Shown one piece after another: positions 57,945-57,949 of a stretch of DNA of 57,949 nt. The notes under the pieces were generated by a model. It ran no database searches. It saw nothing but the letters and a program-made list of their open reading frames with translations, and was not told where the DNA came from. Source of the stretch: a bacterium (GTDB lineage: Bacteria; JACRDZ01; JAQUKH01); assembly GCA_028719205.1 (NCBI GenBank), contig JAQUKH010000014.1, positions 1 through 57,949 on the forward strand, given 5' to 3'. Every line of letters begins with the position of its first letter. The stretch's first letter is position 1. The translations under genes and the position numbers were made by a program.

Positions 57945-57949
57945 GATTC

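Overview
AT-rich bacterial chromosome segment from a probable diderm anaerobe (LptD-like protein, acyl-CoA dehydratase activase, B12 radical SAM); the taxon cannot be fixed from sequence alone. Core content: a form IV RuBisCO-like gene followed by a LeuA-family gene cut by the window edge, tRNA-Ala(CGC), a secreted paralog pair plus a discoidin/TPR lipoprotein, aminopeptidase, lptD-like, folC, serS with tRNA-Ser(UGA), surA-like/pdxA/rsmA, a PAS kinase with an HD-GYP regulator, and part of a gas vesicle cluster. The accessory middle (about 18.5-41 kb) holds a RAYT transposase, decayed toxin-antitoxin pairs, and a very AT-rich ~10 kb island bracketed by REPs. That island carries two candidate defence modules: (i) 2TM-beta-barrel protein, nucleotide kinase, atypical Gre factor and Nudix-methyltransferase fusion, followed by glucokinase and a 4TM protein; (ii) kinase, PIN-GNAT-PUA-like protein and ASCH. 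The window also has a layered set of tiny elements: GTAG REPs inserted in frame in housekeeping genes, a 21-nt palindrome inserted in REP loops and in itself, a 75-bp structured element flanked by ATA that interrupts two genes, and heptamer arrays around a four-helix-bundle gene. All protein family calls are by eye, not from database searches.
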